The notes: a model not told the origin generated them from the sequence alone. Positions 29,966-40,403 are shown, counted from the stretch's first letter. The stretch: 64,000 nucleotides of DNA from Nitrosopumilus sp. (GCA_965224195.1 OZ245040.1:1024001-1088000), one strand, 5' to 3'. Numbers and translations: made by a program.

Positions 29966-31420
29966 CTAGTATCCTCTTGCAAAGACTGGAACTGAAACAC
30001 TTTGTTCCTGACAATAGATGCATTTTTGGTTTGTATTTTCACTTCCAAATGGTATAACTCTGATTTCTGCTCCTGTTTCTTCTTTAATTTTTTCTTCACA
30101 TTCTAATTTTCCGCACCAAGGTGAATTGAAGAAACCACCTTTCTCAATTTTTGATTTAAAATTAGAATAATCAGAAATTTCTAGAGTGTTGTTTTCAGCT
30201 TCTTCTTTGGCTTTTTTTAGCATCTCTGCTTGGATTTCATCTAATATTGTGAGTATTTCCTCAGTTTCTGTAAAACTTAAACTAATTTTTTCAAGATTGT
30301 ATCTTTTTGCAACTATTATGCTATTTTTTTCAATGTCTTTGGGGCCTATCTCTATTCTTAATGGAACTCCCTTCATCTCCCAATCATTAAATTTGTAACC
30401 TGGGGATAATCCCTCTCTTTCATCTACATGTACTCTGATGTCTTTTGATTCTAATTCATTTTTGATTTCTTCTACTTTTGGAAGAACTGTTTCTTTCCCA
30501 TCATCATTTCTATAAATGGGAACGATTACTACTTGCATTGGAGCTACCTTTGGTGGTAAAACTAATCCCTTATCATCTCCATGTGCCATGATCATGGCTC
30601 CGATTAATCTCCAAGAGACTCCCCATGATGTTTGCCAAGCAAAATGCTCTACATTATCTTTGTCTGCAAATTTAACTTCAAATGGTTTTGAAAAGTTTTG
30701 ACCTAGGAAGTGGGAAGTTCCCATCTGTAATGCTTTTCCATCTGGCATGATTGATTCCATCGTAGTGGTATATACTGCTCCAACAAATTTTTCTTTTTCA
30801 CTTTTTTTGCCTGTTGTAACTGGAATTGCTAGTTCTTCTTCAACTGTATTTTTGTAAATATCTAAAATCTTCATTACTTCTTTTTCTGCTTCTTCTTGAG
30901 TGCTGTGGACTGTATGTCCTTCTTGCCATAAAAATTCTGAAGTTCTAAGGAATGGTTTTGTTGCTTTAATTTCTGCTCTCAAGGCAGTGTTCCAAAAGTT
31001 AATTTTTAATGGTAAATCTCTCCAGCTTTGAATCCATTTTGAATACAAAGTATATGCTAATGTCTCAGATGTTGGTCTTAATGCCAATCTATCTCCAATT
31101 TCATTAGTTCCTGAATGAGTTACCCAAAACACTTCTGGGTTGAATCCTGCAAAATGTTTTTGTTCTTTACCTAACAGTGATTCTGGAATTAGTATTGGTA
31201 AAAATCCATTTCTAATACCATTTCTTGAAAATTTCTTGTCAAATGTGCTTCTTAGGGATTCCCAAATTGAATATCCGTCTGGTCTGAGGACGATTAATCC
31301 TTTAACTGGGGCGTAATCTGCAAGTTTTGCCTTTAGAACTACTTGTGTGTACCATTCACTAAAATCATCATTCTTTGAAACTGTAATTCCTACGTCTTCT
31401 TTACCCAAACTAGAATTCAT
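29966..31420 (-). CDS. proS: Proline--tRNA ligase (archaeal/eukaryotic type)
   Basis: RPTSET, FLRTSEFLWQEGHT, QTSWGVSWR and C-terminal FARGY. Confidence 0.97.
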   Translation of the reverse strand: MNSSLGKEDVGITVSKNDDFSEWYTQVVLKAKLADYAPVKGLIVLRPDGYSIWESLRSTFDKKFSRNGIRNGFLPILIPESLLGKEQKHFAGFNPEVFWVTHSGTNEIGDRLALRPTSETLAYTLYSKWIQSWRDLPLKINFWNTALRAEIKATKPFLRTSEFLWQEGHTVHSTQEEAEKEVMKILDIYKNTVEEELAIPVTTGKKSEKEKFVGAVYTTTMESIMPDGKALQMGTSHFLGQNFSKPFEVKFADKDNVEHFAWQTSWGVSWRLIGAMIMAHGDDKGLVLPPKVAPMQVVIVPIYRNDDGKETVLPKVEEIKNELESKDIRVHVDEREGLSPGYKFNDWEMKGVPLRIEIGPKDIEKNSIIVAKRYNLEKISLSFTETEEILTILDEIQAEMLKKAKEEAENNTLEISDYSNFKSKIEKGGFFNSPWCGKLECEEKIKEETGAEIRVIPFGSENTNQKCIYCQEQSVSVPVFARGY

Positions 31421-31547
31421 TGAATTAATTTAACTAATGAGCCTTTCGTGATGATTTTTATTTTAAAAACATCAGGATTCCAATCTGATCATCAAAATTT
31501 GCCAAAACTTGGTTGGAACCACAGCACTTTGATCACGGCAATTATAA

Positions 31548-32694
31548 ATGACAGTCCTGTTTTGTGCTGTTATGTTTGGAAAGGATATTTCCAATGTCTC
31601 ATATGATGATATTAAATCTCTTTTGGACAGCAAAATCCCTGAGAGTGATATTTTGGACTACAAGAGTAAAATGATGGATGATCAAAAACTAGTCAAACAT
31701 GTATGTGCATTTGCCAATACTCGTGGAGGGGATATTGTTTTTGGAATAAAAGAATCTGGCCATGGCGGACATCCCATAGAAATCAATGGACTGGATGCCT
31801 TTAATTTCAACAAGGAAAGACTGGAACAAATTATTCTGTCTAACATTGTGCCAAGATTGGATGTAAAGATAAAATCAATACCTATACCTGATTCTCAAAA
31901 AGTTGTTCTAGTTATTCAGGTGCCCCCTAGCTATCTAAAGCCACATCAAAGTAATTACTCTAAAAAAATTCTACAAGCGCTTTCAATTCGAGTCCGCTGA
32001 GATGACAGAAAATGAGGTTTCAGATTCTTACAGAAGCAGATTCTCTAATTACAAACAAGTCAATCAGTACATCAATGATTCACTTGTGGATGTTAAAAAT
32101 GATGAAATAACTCTCAACATACTTGTAATTCCATCTAACATTGAACATCGCATGATTGATGCATCAGATACTAACGAATTAGAAAAATTGAAATCAGTCA
32201 GATTACCTACCTCTGGTGGAATTAGTGGTTTTCCAAATTGGTCTCTTGGACCATCTTCTCGCGGATTCAAATCAAAATCTACTGATAAACCACTTGAGGA
32301 GTTAGAGATTCATAGGAATAGCTGTGTTCAGTTTGTCGGGCATTATAATCGGCTGCAAGACGGCCATGTGGCACTTCCATATACAAGAGTTGCAGACAGA
32401 TTACTACAAGTGTTAGAATTTTCATATGGTGTTTTGTCTGATCACAATTATTATGGTGATGTAAAAATTGTTATGAGTGCCAGGTGTTTGTCTGGAGTTG
32501 TGCTTCCTGAAAAATATTATGTATCCTCTGCATTAGACAAGCTTGATGCTAAGATTGAAAGAGAGTTTTCATTATCTTATGTTGGTGAGAAGTACGAGCA
32601 GATTGCAGCATCTGTAATGGATGAGCTTTTTAATCATTTTGGAATTCTCAAATGTAATTTGTTTGATGAACAGGGAAATTATTTAGAGAAATAA
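31548..32694 (+). pseudogene. Schlafen/AlbA_2-domain protein split by a +1 frameshift in an A7 run
   Basis: ESDILDYK and CAFANTRGGDIVFGI. Removing one A at 31962-31968 gives ...PHQSNYSKKFYKRFQFESAEMTENEV..., joining ORFs 31548 and 32002. Confidence 0.85.
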
Positions 32695-32969
32695 GACACA
32701 AAAACTATATGTCATTTCACATTATGGAAATGAGAATAATCCTCAGCGACACTACATGCAATTAGTCTGGCACATTTTTGCAATACTGATTTTACAAAAT
32801 GGTTGGGCTCTACTCAAGCCATTTGATATCAGAAAAGTGCCAAGACGTACAGCAGAGAAGCAATGTCAGTTATTCTGCCCCGCATTAGATGCTTTTGATT
32901 GCATTAGACAATGGACCACTGTATCAATGGTTGTTATACAACTCCACTGTAAAACAACATTAATTAGGC

Positions 32970-32980
32970 GGGGGGGGGGG
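32970..32980 (+). repeat. G11 homopolymer 11 nt upstream of a surface-protein start
   Basis: Directly visible; very unusual in this AT-rich sequence. Confidence 0.95.
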
Positions 32981-32991
32981 AGAACAAATTA

Positions 32992-35541
32992 GTGAAATTC
33001 GTTTTAATGCTAACCATTTTTGCAGTATCTGTCATGTCATTGCATGGCGTTGCAGTGGCAGATAATGATAATCGTGTCCAAAATATTTCCGTAGAGCGCA
33101 GCAGCACCAATGTCCCCAGTGCAGTATTAAGCTGGGACACACAAGAGGGCATCAAGCAGTACAACATAAAGTACAAGTGCAGCGGTGATGATAAAGAAAA
33201 CTTGAGGGTGCCAGGCAACCAGTCCTCATACACATTTGATGTATATGCTGACCAATCATGCAAAATTAACATCAGATCAATTAGTGATAATGGCGAGAAA
33301 TCAGACAATGTTAAGATAATCTTGGCAAGTGGAGAACCAACAGGTGAGATAGCAGAGGATGTCAAGAAATCCACTGGAGAGATAGCAGAGGATGTCAAGG
33401 ACTTTACCACTCGTAGTGGTAATGCACCTGCTGACAATACCCCGCCAACATTAGAGTCAGCAGCACTGGATGAGAAGACAGGAGTTTTGGCAATAACTTT
33501 TGATGAGACAATAGCAAACGAGGGCTTTGACTTGTCTACTGCTGACTATAAACGCAAATTCTCAGTACGTTCACAGGACGGCACTCCAGAAGGCGTGGCA
33601 TTTAACCCAGACGGAACAAAGATGTTTGTTGTAGGTTATGATACTGAAAAAATCTACGAATATGCATTAACTACTCCCTTTGACTTATCCTCCTCCTCCT
33701 ATGCAAATAGATCTTTCCCAGTAGGTTCACAGGACAACTCTCCAAAGGGTGTAGCATTTAACCCAGATGGAACAAAGATGTTTGTTATAGGTGGTGAATA
33801 TGAGGAGATCCACGAGTACGCATTAACTACTCCATTTGACGTATCCTCCTCCTCCTATACAAAGAGATCTTTCCCAGTAGGTTCAGAGGACAACACTCCA
33901 AGGGATGTAGCATTCAACCCTGCTGGAACAAAGATGTTTGTTGCAGGTTATGCCAGTGAGACGATCATCGAGTACACATTATCTACTGCCTTTAACGTAT
34001 CTACTGCCTCCTATACAGACACTTTTGACGTATCTTCACAGGACACGGAACCAGAAGGCGTGGCATTTAACCCAGACGGAACAAAGATGTTTGTTGTAGG
34101 TGATCAACGTGATCGTGTCTACGAGTACACATTAACCACTCCATTTGACTTATCCAATGTCTCCTATGCACACCATTTCTCAGTAGGTACAGATGACAAT
34201 TTTCCAACAGGCGTGGCATTCAACCCTGCTGGAACAAAGATGTTTGTTGTAGGTGCTGACAGTAATAATGTCTACGAGTATGCATTAACCACTCCAGTTG
34301 ACCTGTCCAAACTGCTCATCAGTGAGTCAGCAAGTGTTAATGGTACCGGCACGGCACTGACTGGTGCCAGCATTGAAACTGTCGGCAACAGCACTTCAAT
34401 AGAGATCAAGCTTACTGCACCTCAATTACAGTCAGTAATTGCATTGACTAACCCAGAATTGGACATCCTAGAAGCGGCAGTATCTGATGTTTCAGGTAAT
34501 GAAATTCTCGCAGCACCAAACAATGGCATTACAGTAACTAACATTGCAGTAACTAACAGTGTAGCACCACCACCACTTGCTGCGCCAACTGGCCTTTCAG
34601 TGTATGCAACTGAAACAACTGCCACATTATACTGGGATGCGCCTATAGTAGAGGCCAACACTGCCTACACATCTGACAAGATACGTTATACCGTCAGTGT
34701 TCATGATGGTACTAGTGGTACTCATTTGCCTAGATTTGATGATACAATATCTGATGGCATTACTGCATCATATACTGTATATGGTTTAATTCCTGGCAAA
34801 ACATACACTTTCTCGCTTGTTGCATATGTTAATGTAAATAATGTGAAATCTACTTCTACTACTGTACTTTATGACTTTAAGGCCACATCTCCATCTGTCC
34901 CCGCATCTAGTCTAATTATTCCAAGCCACCCAGTAATTACTTTAAAGGAAACAGTATCACCTACCCAGGTCAAATTCACAATTGAAAGGCCTGTAAACGT
35001 AAATCCTGACGATATAGCATATTATGTTTTACAGTATGCCTGCGGCTCTGGTGCTAAAGAATATAGCTATAGCACTATTGGCGCCAAGACACATTTCAAT
35101 CCTAATGCTGAGATACGTGTAATACCTGATAGATTAGGTGTTGGCCAGTATACGACTAGTGACGTAGGAGTAGCTGGAAATATCGACTCTTGTACCTTTG
35201 AGGTTGCCACTCAGCTTGACAATGGCATACGATCTAGTGGTTGGCATTCATTTACTGTAGATGATGTTACACCAAAGAATACGCAATTAGCTGCTACAAT
35301 GCATGGCAGTGATGCAATCAAGGTGTTATTTCCTCAGATAGACAGTGACTCATATCATTATGTTCTGTCTTGGGGCAATGGTTCAAAGACGTTTAAAAAT
35401 ATCAGTCCAGACTCATACATAATTAAAGACGTTATTCCTGGAAATACATATACTATTGTACTCACTCTATACAATTTTGATTACACGGTATATTCCACTA
35501 CTTCTATTGAATTTACAGTACCTGCTGATAACACCAACTAA
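32992..35541 (+). CDS. Secreted surface protein with FN3-like domains and five beta-propeller-type repeats
   Basis: Signal peptide, 5x 'VAFNP[DA]GTKMFV.G....YEY.L.T.FD.S' and FN3 motifs (APTGL...LYW, YTVYGLIPGKTYTF). Higher GC than the flanks. Confidence 0.85.
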   Translation: MKFVLMLTIFAVSVMSLHGVAVADNDNRVQNISVERSSTNVPSAVLSWDTQEGIKQYNIKYKCSGDDKENLRVPGNQSSYTFDVYADQSCKINIRSISDNGEKSDNVKIILASGEPTGEIAEDVKKSTGEIAEDVKDFTTRSGNAPADNTPPTLESAALDEKTGVLAITFDETIANEGFDLSTADYKRKFSVRSQDGTPEGVAFNPDGTKMFVVGYDTEKIYEYALTTPFDLSSSSYANRSFPVGSQDNSPKGVAFNPDGTKMFVIGGEYEEIHEYALTTPFDVSSSSYTKRSFPVGSEDNTPRDVAFNPAGTKMFVAGYASETIIEYTLSTAFNVSTASYTDTFDVSSQDTEPEGVAFNPDGTKMFVVGDQRDRVYEYTLTTPFDLSNVSYAHHFSVGTDDNFPTGVAFNPAGTKMFVVGADSNNVYEYALTTPVDLSKLLISESASVNGTGTALTGASIETVGNSTSIEIKLTAPQLQSVIALTNPELDILEAAVSDVSGNEILAAPNNGITVTNIAVTNSVAPPPLAAPTGLSVYATETTATLYWDAPIVEANTAYTSDKIRYTVSVHDGTSGTHLPRFDDTISDGITASYTVYGLIPGKTYTFSLVAYVNVNNVKSTSTTVLYDFKATSPSVPASSLIIPSHPVITLKETVSPTQVKFTIERPVNVNPDDIAYYVLQYACGSGAKEYSYSTIGAKTHFNPNAEIRVIPDRLGVGQYTTSDVGVAGNIDSCTFEVATQLDNGIRSSGWHSFTVDDVTPKNTQLAATMHGSDAIKVLFPQIDSDSYHYVLSWGNGSKTFKNISPDSYIIKDVIPGNTYTIVLTLYNFDYTVYSTTSIEFTVPADNTN

Positions 35542-35756
35542 AATTAGAGTCAGCCACACTAGATGGACAATCTTATCAATGATCCCTGAAACTAAATGGA
35601 AACGTAATTTTTCTAGAAAATTTAAAAAGAATTTCCTATTCACATTACCTCTTGATCAGAAAATCATATGGAATGCAACAACTAAAATCTGTAATGGTGA
35701 TGAACCAATTAATGTTTATCCTCATGATGCACAATGTGTTGTTGGGGAGTTAGATC

Positions 35757-36544
35757 TTGAGCCTCAATACAGTCATTATTGTTGGCTGTGTTGTTGCCGT
35801 GATGATTCTGTCAACAGTCCCAGATGGTTTTGCTTTAAAGAATTTTTGTTATTTTACTATACTTGAAAAGACATCTAATAGCAACTTGATATGTGCCAAA
35901 GAAAATGCTACCATAAAACTAATTGAGCGGGGATGGGGTACATTATCTGAGAAACTGCAAGAAAAGCCCAAATATCCAGACAAAGAAGATATTATTACAA
36001 TTCCAAATAACTTGGAGATTGAAAAACTATATCATAAGATCTTAAAATACGAAGATGCAATCACCAATCTAAAGGACCAGCTTAATGATGATGATTTAAA
36101 AATAAGCAATTTTGATAGAATCATCTCCAATCAGGATGGAACTATTTCCTATCTAAAACAAGAGATAACACATCTAGAGTCTGAGATTATATTCCTAAAG
36201 GACCAGCTTGATGATGATTTAAAAATAAGCAATTTTGATAGAATCATCTCCAATCAGGATGGAACTATTTCCTATCTAAAACAAGAGATAACACATCTAG
36301 AGTCTGAGATTATATTCCTAAAGGACCAGCTTGATGCGGCCCTAGATTATACAACTACAAGTGGAACTATATCACACACAAGCCCAATTCACTAGTATGT
36401 AATGAATCATACCCTGACTTTTGTATCCCTTCATTACCACCAGACTTGGATTGTAAAGACATTACACAAAAACGATTCACAGTATTACAGTCTGATCCAC
36501 ATAGGTTTGATGGGGATAAAGATGGCATAGGCTGTGAACGATAA
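35757..36544 (+). pseudogene. Secreted coiled-coil protein with a C-terminal excalibur-like Ca-binding domain, split at a (CA)4 run
   Basis: ORF 35757-36395 (signal peptide, KLIERGWG motif). CNESYPDFCIPSLPPDLDCKDI...DPHRFDGDKDGIGCER* is encoded at 36398-36544 in another frame. Confidence 0.75.
36087..36336 (+). repeat. Exact 123-bp (41-aa) tandem duplication
   Basis: DDDLKISNFDRIISNQDGTISYLKQEITHLESEIIFLKDQL is repeated, with copies starting at 36087 and 36210. Confidence 0.95.
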
Positions 36545-36588
36545 TTTTTAGAAGGGTATTATCTGAAATACCTTTTAAAATTGCTTTG

Positions 36589-36879
36589 TTATTTGATTGG
36601 GTCGCCTTTACACAGTACTTCGCCCATAACTCTGCTTTGGAAATTTGGACATACGAAACACTGAACAAATTGAATATCTTCTTTGAAAACTGGACATTTT
36701 ACAAATTCTTGTTTCATTTTTTTGAGCATTTTTGGACTGACTCCTTTGAGTTTCAATTTTCCTTTATCATCCATTAAACCTACATCTTTTAGCTTTTCTT
36801 TGAGTTCGGCAGGGAATTTTACTTTATCTTCAGTCGATTCAATTTTTACATCATATTTGCGTTCTAACTCGTCTGCCAT
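36589..36879 (-). CDS. Hypothetical Cys-containing protein
   Basis: 96 aa with CP...CFVCPNF...LC. Confidence 0.75.
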   Translation of the reverse strand: MADELERKYDVKIESTEDKVKFPAELKEKLKDVGLMDDKGKLKLKGVSPKMLKKMKQEFVKCPVFKEDIQFVQCFVCPNFQSRVMGEVLCKGDPIK

Positions 36880-37743
36880 ACTTAGTATGATATACTCGGT
36901 GATTTATTACTAGCGTTTTTTAGATCTAAAAAAAGTTTAAACTTTAATATAATTAGGATCGCTGATTGGCGAACTTTAATGAAATACCTCTAAACTATGT
37001 TTAGCAATTTATACGTGATATTTAACAAAAATTCGAACTCTAACATGCTTATGTTTGATTTTGATCTATGTTTTTTAAAAAGTGATAATTAGGATGTGAT
37101 TTGTGCAAAAATCCAACCTATACAAATAATTACTTTATTTGAGTTAGTACATACACAGTACATCACTGTATTAGACTAAAAGGCAGGAGTAGAAGAGACC
37201 GGTAAATCCCAATATTGGATTGTTACGATTCGCCGTAAACTTCAACAAACCACCATGGTGCTTTTTATTATTTATTGGAATTCTAAACTCTTCTTACTTC
37301 CTGAATAGTGTTAGATGAATAAAGGTATAAACTATCTGTCCGTTTTTCTCAAAACTTCAGTTCAATAAAATTGACAACGGTACAATGTACATAGTAATGG
37401 TGTTGGATGTTGCCATGAATTTCATATTGGTTTAACCTTGTAACAGTTAACGATGATCGTAATGTCTGAAACTGATCAAAAAGTTTTCAAAAATGATCGG
37501 AACTAGTTTTTCATTTACGATATTCAGACAACATAAGGTGACTTGCACTTTGGACATTTGTCATCAAATGGTTTATCTTTGAAACATCATTCACCATGTT
37601 TCATGTTTTACTGATTGGTTCAAATGGATATTTTTGTTTAATTTGATATTTTTTCATTAAAATTCACCTGATCGTACCCATTAAAGTTCGCTAACAAACA
37701 AAAGTAAATATAATTAGCGATTTTTTTCCAAATCAGAAAACTA

Positions 37744-38394
37744 TTGTTAGCTATTTTTGATGTCGAGGGAGTTTTGTATGATGAAGAATATCTCCCTATT
37801 CTTGCAGAAAAACTCAACAAAGAAGCTGAAATTTGGGAAATTACAAAACAAGGAATTCAAGGAAAAATTAACTGGGAAGAAGGATTGCGAACTAGAGTTG
37901 CATCTTTAAAGGGTCTTGATGAAAAAACTTGTCAAGAAGTGTCTGATGCATTACCTATCATGACTGGTGCAAAAGAGGCATGTAGAGCATTAAAAGCAGC
38001 AGGATGGAAAATCATGGCAGTATCTGGTGGTTTTTCCTTGATGATGCACAGATTAAAAAAAGAATTGGATCTTGATTATGTTTTTTCAAATGAATTAATT
38101 TTCAAAGATGGTAAACTAGACGGTGTTACAATTAACGTTGATTCTGATAAATCAAAATCTGCAAAAATAAAAATTGAAGAATGGGGTGAGAAAAAAGAAG
38201 ACATAATTTGTGTCGTAGATGGTGCAAATGATATAAAATTATTTGATGTTTGTGGATTGGGAATTGCATATCGTGCTCAAGATATTGTAAAAGACTTGGC
38301 TACTACAACTTTGGAAGAAAAAGATCTCTCTAAAATTATTGATATTATCAACAAACACTATAAACTTGAATTAAAAGCTGCAACCCCTGCATAA
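37744..38394 (+). CDS. serB: Phosphoserine phosphatase (HAD IB)
   Basis: FDVEGVL, EIT..G.QG, VSGGF and DGAND. Confidence 0.85.
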   Translation: MLAIFDVEGVLYDEEYLPILAEKLNKEAEIWEITKQGIQGKINWEEGLRTRVASLKGLDEKTCQEVSDALPIMTGAKEACRALKAAGWKIMAVSGGFSLMMHRLKKELDLDYVFSNELIFKDGKLDGVTINVDSDKSKSAKIKIEEWGEKKEDIICVVDGANDIKLFDVCGLGIAYRAQDIVKDLATTTLEEKDLSKIIDIINKHYKLELKAATPA

Positions 38395-38428
38395 ACAATT
38401 TTTTAGTCCTCTACTTGAGATACACTAC

Positions 38429-39154
38429 TTGCAAATTATCCCTATTCATGTTGAAAAAGAGATCGAACCATCTGATGATATCTCTGATATTATTCTAAAA
38501 TCTGAAAAATTAAACGATGGAGACATTCTGGTAATCGCACAAAAAATAATCTCTAAACAAGAAGGTCGATTGATTGATTTGTCAACTGTGACTCCTTCTT
38601 TGTTGGCTGATGGTATTGGTTCTAAATATCAAAAGGATCCTAAAATAATTGAATTGATTTTATCTGAGTCAAAACAAATTGTAAGAATGAAAAATGGAAT
38701 TTTGATAGTTGAAACCAATCAAGGTTTTATTTGTGCAAATGCTGGAATTGACGAAAGTAACATCAAAGAGGGATATGCAACTTTATTACCTGTAAATTCT
38801 GATACTTCTGCACAAAGAATTAGAAAGAAAATATTAGAGCAATCAAACAAAAATGTGGCAGTAATAATTTCTGATACTTTTGGTCGACCTTTTAGAATGG
38901 GGCAAACTAATCATGCAATTGGAGTGTCTGGATTAAATCCAATTTTAGATTATCAGGGCACTTTGGATTCTTTTAATAAAATTTTACGAGTTACTGAAAT
39001 TGCTATTGCCGATGAACTTACATCTGCATCTGAATTAGTTATGGGCAAATCTTTGAAATGCCCATTTGCAATAATTCGTGACTATTCATTTAAGGTTGAA
39101 GACCATACAATTGATGAATTAATTCGTCCTGAACATGAAGACCTTTTTAGATAA
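38429..39154 (+). CDS. cofE: Coenzyme F420-0:L-glutamate ligase
   Basis: KIISKQEG, CANAGIDESN, SDTFGRPFR.G and DLFR. Confidence 0.95.
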   Translation: MQIIPIHVEKEIEPSDDISDIILKSEKLNDGDILVIAQKIISKQEGRLIDLSTVTPSLLADGIGSKYQKDPKIIELILSESKQIVRMKNGILIVETNQGFICANAGIDESNIKEGYATLLPVNSDTSAQRIRKKILEQSNKNVAVIISDTFGRPFRMGQTNHAIGVSGLNPILDYQGTLDSFNKILRVTEIAIADELTSASELVMGKSLKCPFAIIRDYSFKVEDHTIDELIRPEHEDLFR

Positions 39155-39270
39155 TATTTTTTAAAATTTCATTTTTTAGTAAAATAGGACAAGCTAAACT
39201 CGATGAGCTTGCTGTATAGCACAATCTATGTTGATACAGTTCATATAACGAATTAAATCTCTATTCTGTA

Positions 39271-40071
39271 TTGTCACGTGCACTAAATGAAATTATAATT
39301 AACAAACAAGGCGTTCATGATCACTTTTCAACTGTTGCCTCAAAGTACAAAAATATACGAACCCTTGACACAAAACCTATCGTACATATCAAAAATCAGA
39401 TAAATAAAAAATCCAAAATCAATATGGCTGATGTTGGTTGCGGTGATGGGCGATATTCAATAGAGTTTTTGAAACAATTTGAAGACCAATGCTACTTGCA
39501 TTGTATTGATTACAACGAAAACATGTTAAAATCATTACAGAATCACCTTACAGAGCAAAACATTACAAACTTTTGTACAAGGCAGGGTGATGCAAATAGA
39601 CTACCATTAGATAATGATTCGATGGACTGCATTGTCACTTTTAATGCAATACATCACTTTGATGTTCCAAAATTTCTCTCTGAATCGCTAAGAGTACTTA
39701 ACGAAAATGGACATCTATTCATCTATACCCGATTAAGGAGTCAAAATTCTAGAAATATCTGGGGAAAACACTTTCCATCATTTGCAGAAACTGAAACTCG
39801 TCTGTATGAAATAGAGGAATTAAAGCGACACATCTCAGAGGCAGATATGAAAATCCACTCTACCAAAGTGTTTGAGTATTCTAGAACATCCAATCTAGAT
39901 AGACTAGTCCACCAAGCAGAAAATAATCATTATTCTACATTTGCACTATATGATGAAAGTGCATTCGATAGATCTCTGATAATATTCAAACAAAACATCA
40001 AAAATACTTTTGATGATTTAGAGCAAATCAAATGGATTGATGAGAATATTTTGATAGAAATTCGAAAATAA
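39271..40071 (+). CDS. Class I SAM-dependent methyltransferase
   Basis: ADVGCGDG, GDANRLP and AIHHF. Confidence 0.9.
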   Translation: MSRALNEIIINKQGVHDHFSTVASKYKNIRTLDTKPIVHIKNQINKKSKINMADVGCGDGRYSIEFLKQFEDQCYLHCIDYNENMLKSLQNHLTEQNITNFCTRQGDANRLPLDNDSMDCIVTFNAIHHFDVPKFLSESLRVLNENGHLFIYTRLRSQNSRNIWGKHFPSFAETETRLYEIEELKRHISEADMKIHSTKVFEYSRTSNLDRLVHQAENNHYSTFALYDESAFDRSLIIFKQNIKNTFDDLEQIKWIDENILIEIRK

Positions 40072-40086
40072 TTGCAAAATCCTTTG

Positions 40087-40100
40087 TTAGCTAATACTAA
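40087..40100. promoter_or_regulatory. Candidate operator TTAG-N6-CTAA upstream of tusA and cysteine synthase
   Basis: TTAGCTAATACTAA; same geometry as the site at 44794-44807. Confidence 0.35.
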
Positions 40101-40158
40101 TCTTAAAGTTAAACTCGAATAGCTTTTAATATGACAATTTGGCCTTTAGGAATTATTA

Positions 40159-40395
40159 ATGTCTGAATCCGCTGAAAAAAAATTAGATGCAACAGGATTA
40201 TTTTGTCCTGAACCTGTGTTTAGAACAAAAATTGAAATTGAAAGAATGCAAGTAGGTGAAACCATTATTGTATCTGCTGATGATCCAGCAGCCGAAGATG
40301 ATATTTCAAGATGGGTTACAAGAAGTGGCCATGAACTATTAGACATGTCCAAAGACGGTGAAACTATAACATTCAAAATTAAAAAGGTGAAATAA
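40159..40395 (+). CDS. tusA: TusA-family sulfur carrier
   Basis: LDATGLFCPEP and DDPAA..DI..W. Confidence 0.92.
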   Translation: MSESAEKKLDATGLFCPEPVFRTKIEIERMQVGETIIVSADDPAAEDDISRWVTRSGHELLDMSKDGETITFKIKKVK

Positions 40396-40403
40396 TCCTA
40401 ATT

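Noticed and set aside
32756-32992. 78-aa ORF running through the G tract
   Set aside because: No recognisable motifs; probably non-coding or a fragment.
37501-37516. Fourth copy of the cassette junction (AAATGAAAAACTAG on the minus strand)
   Set aside because: It has an extra A, lacks the AGAAA prefix and has no flanking ORFs; compatible with chance in A-rich DNA.
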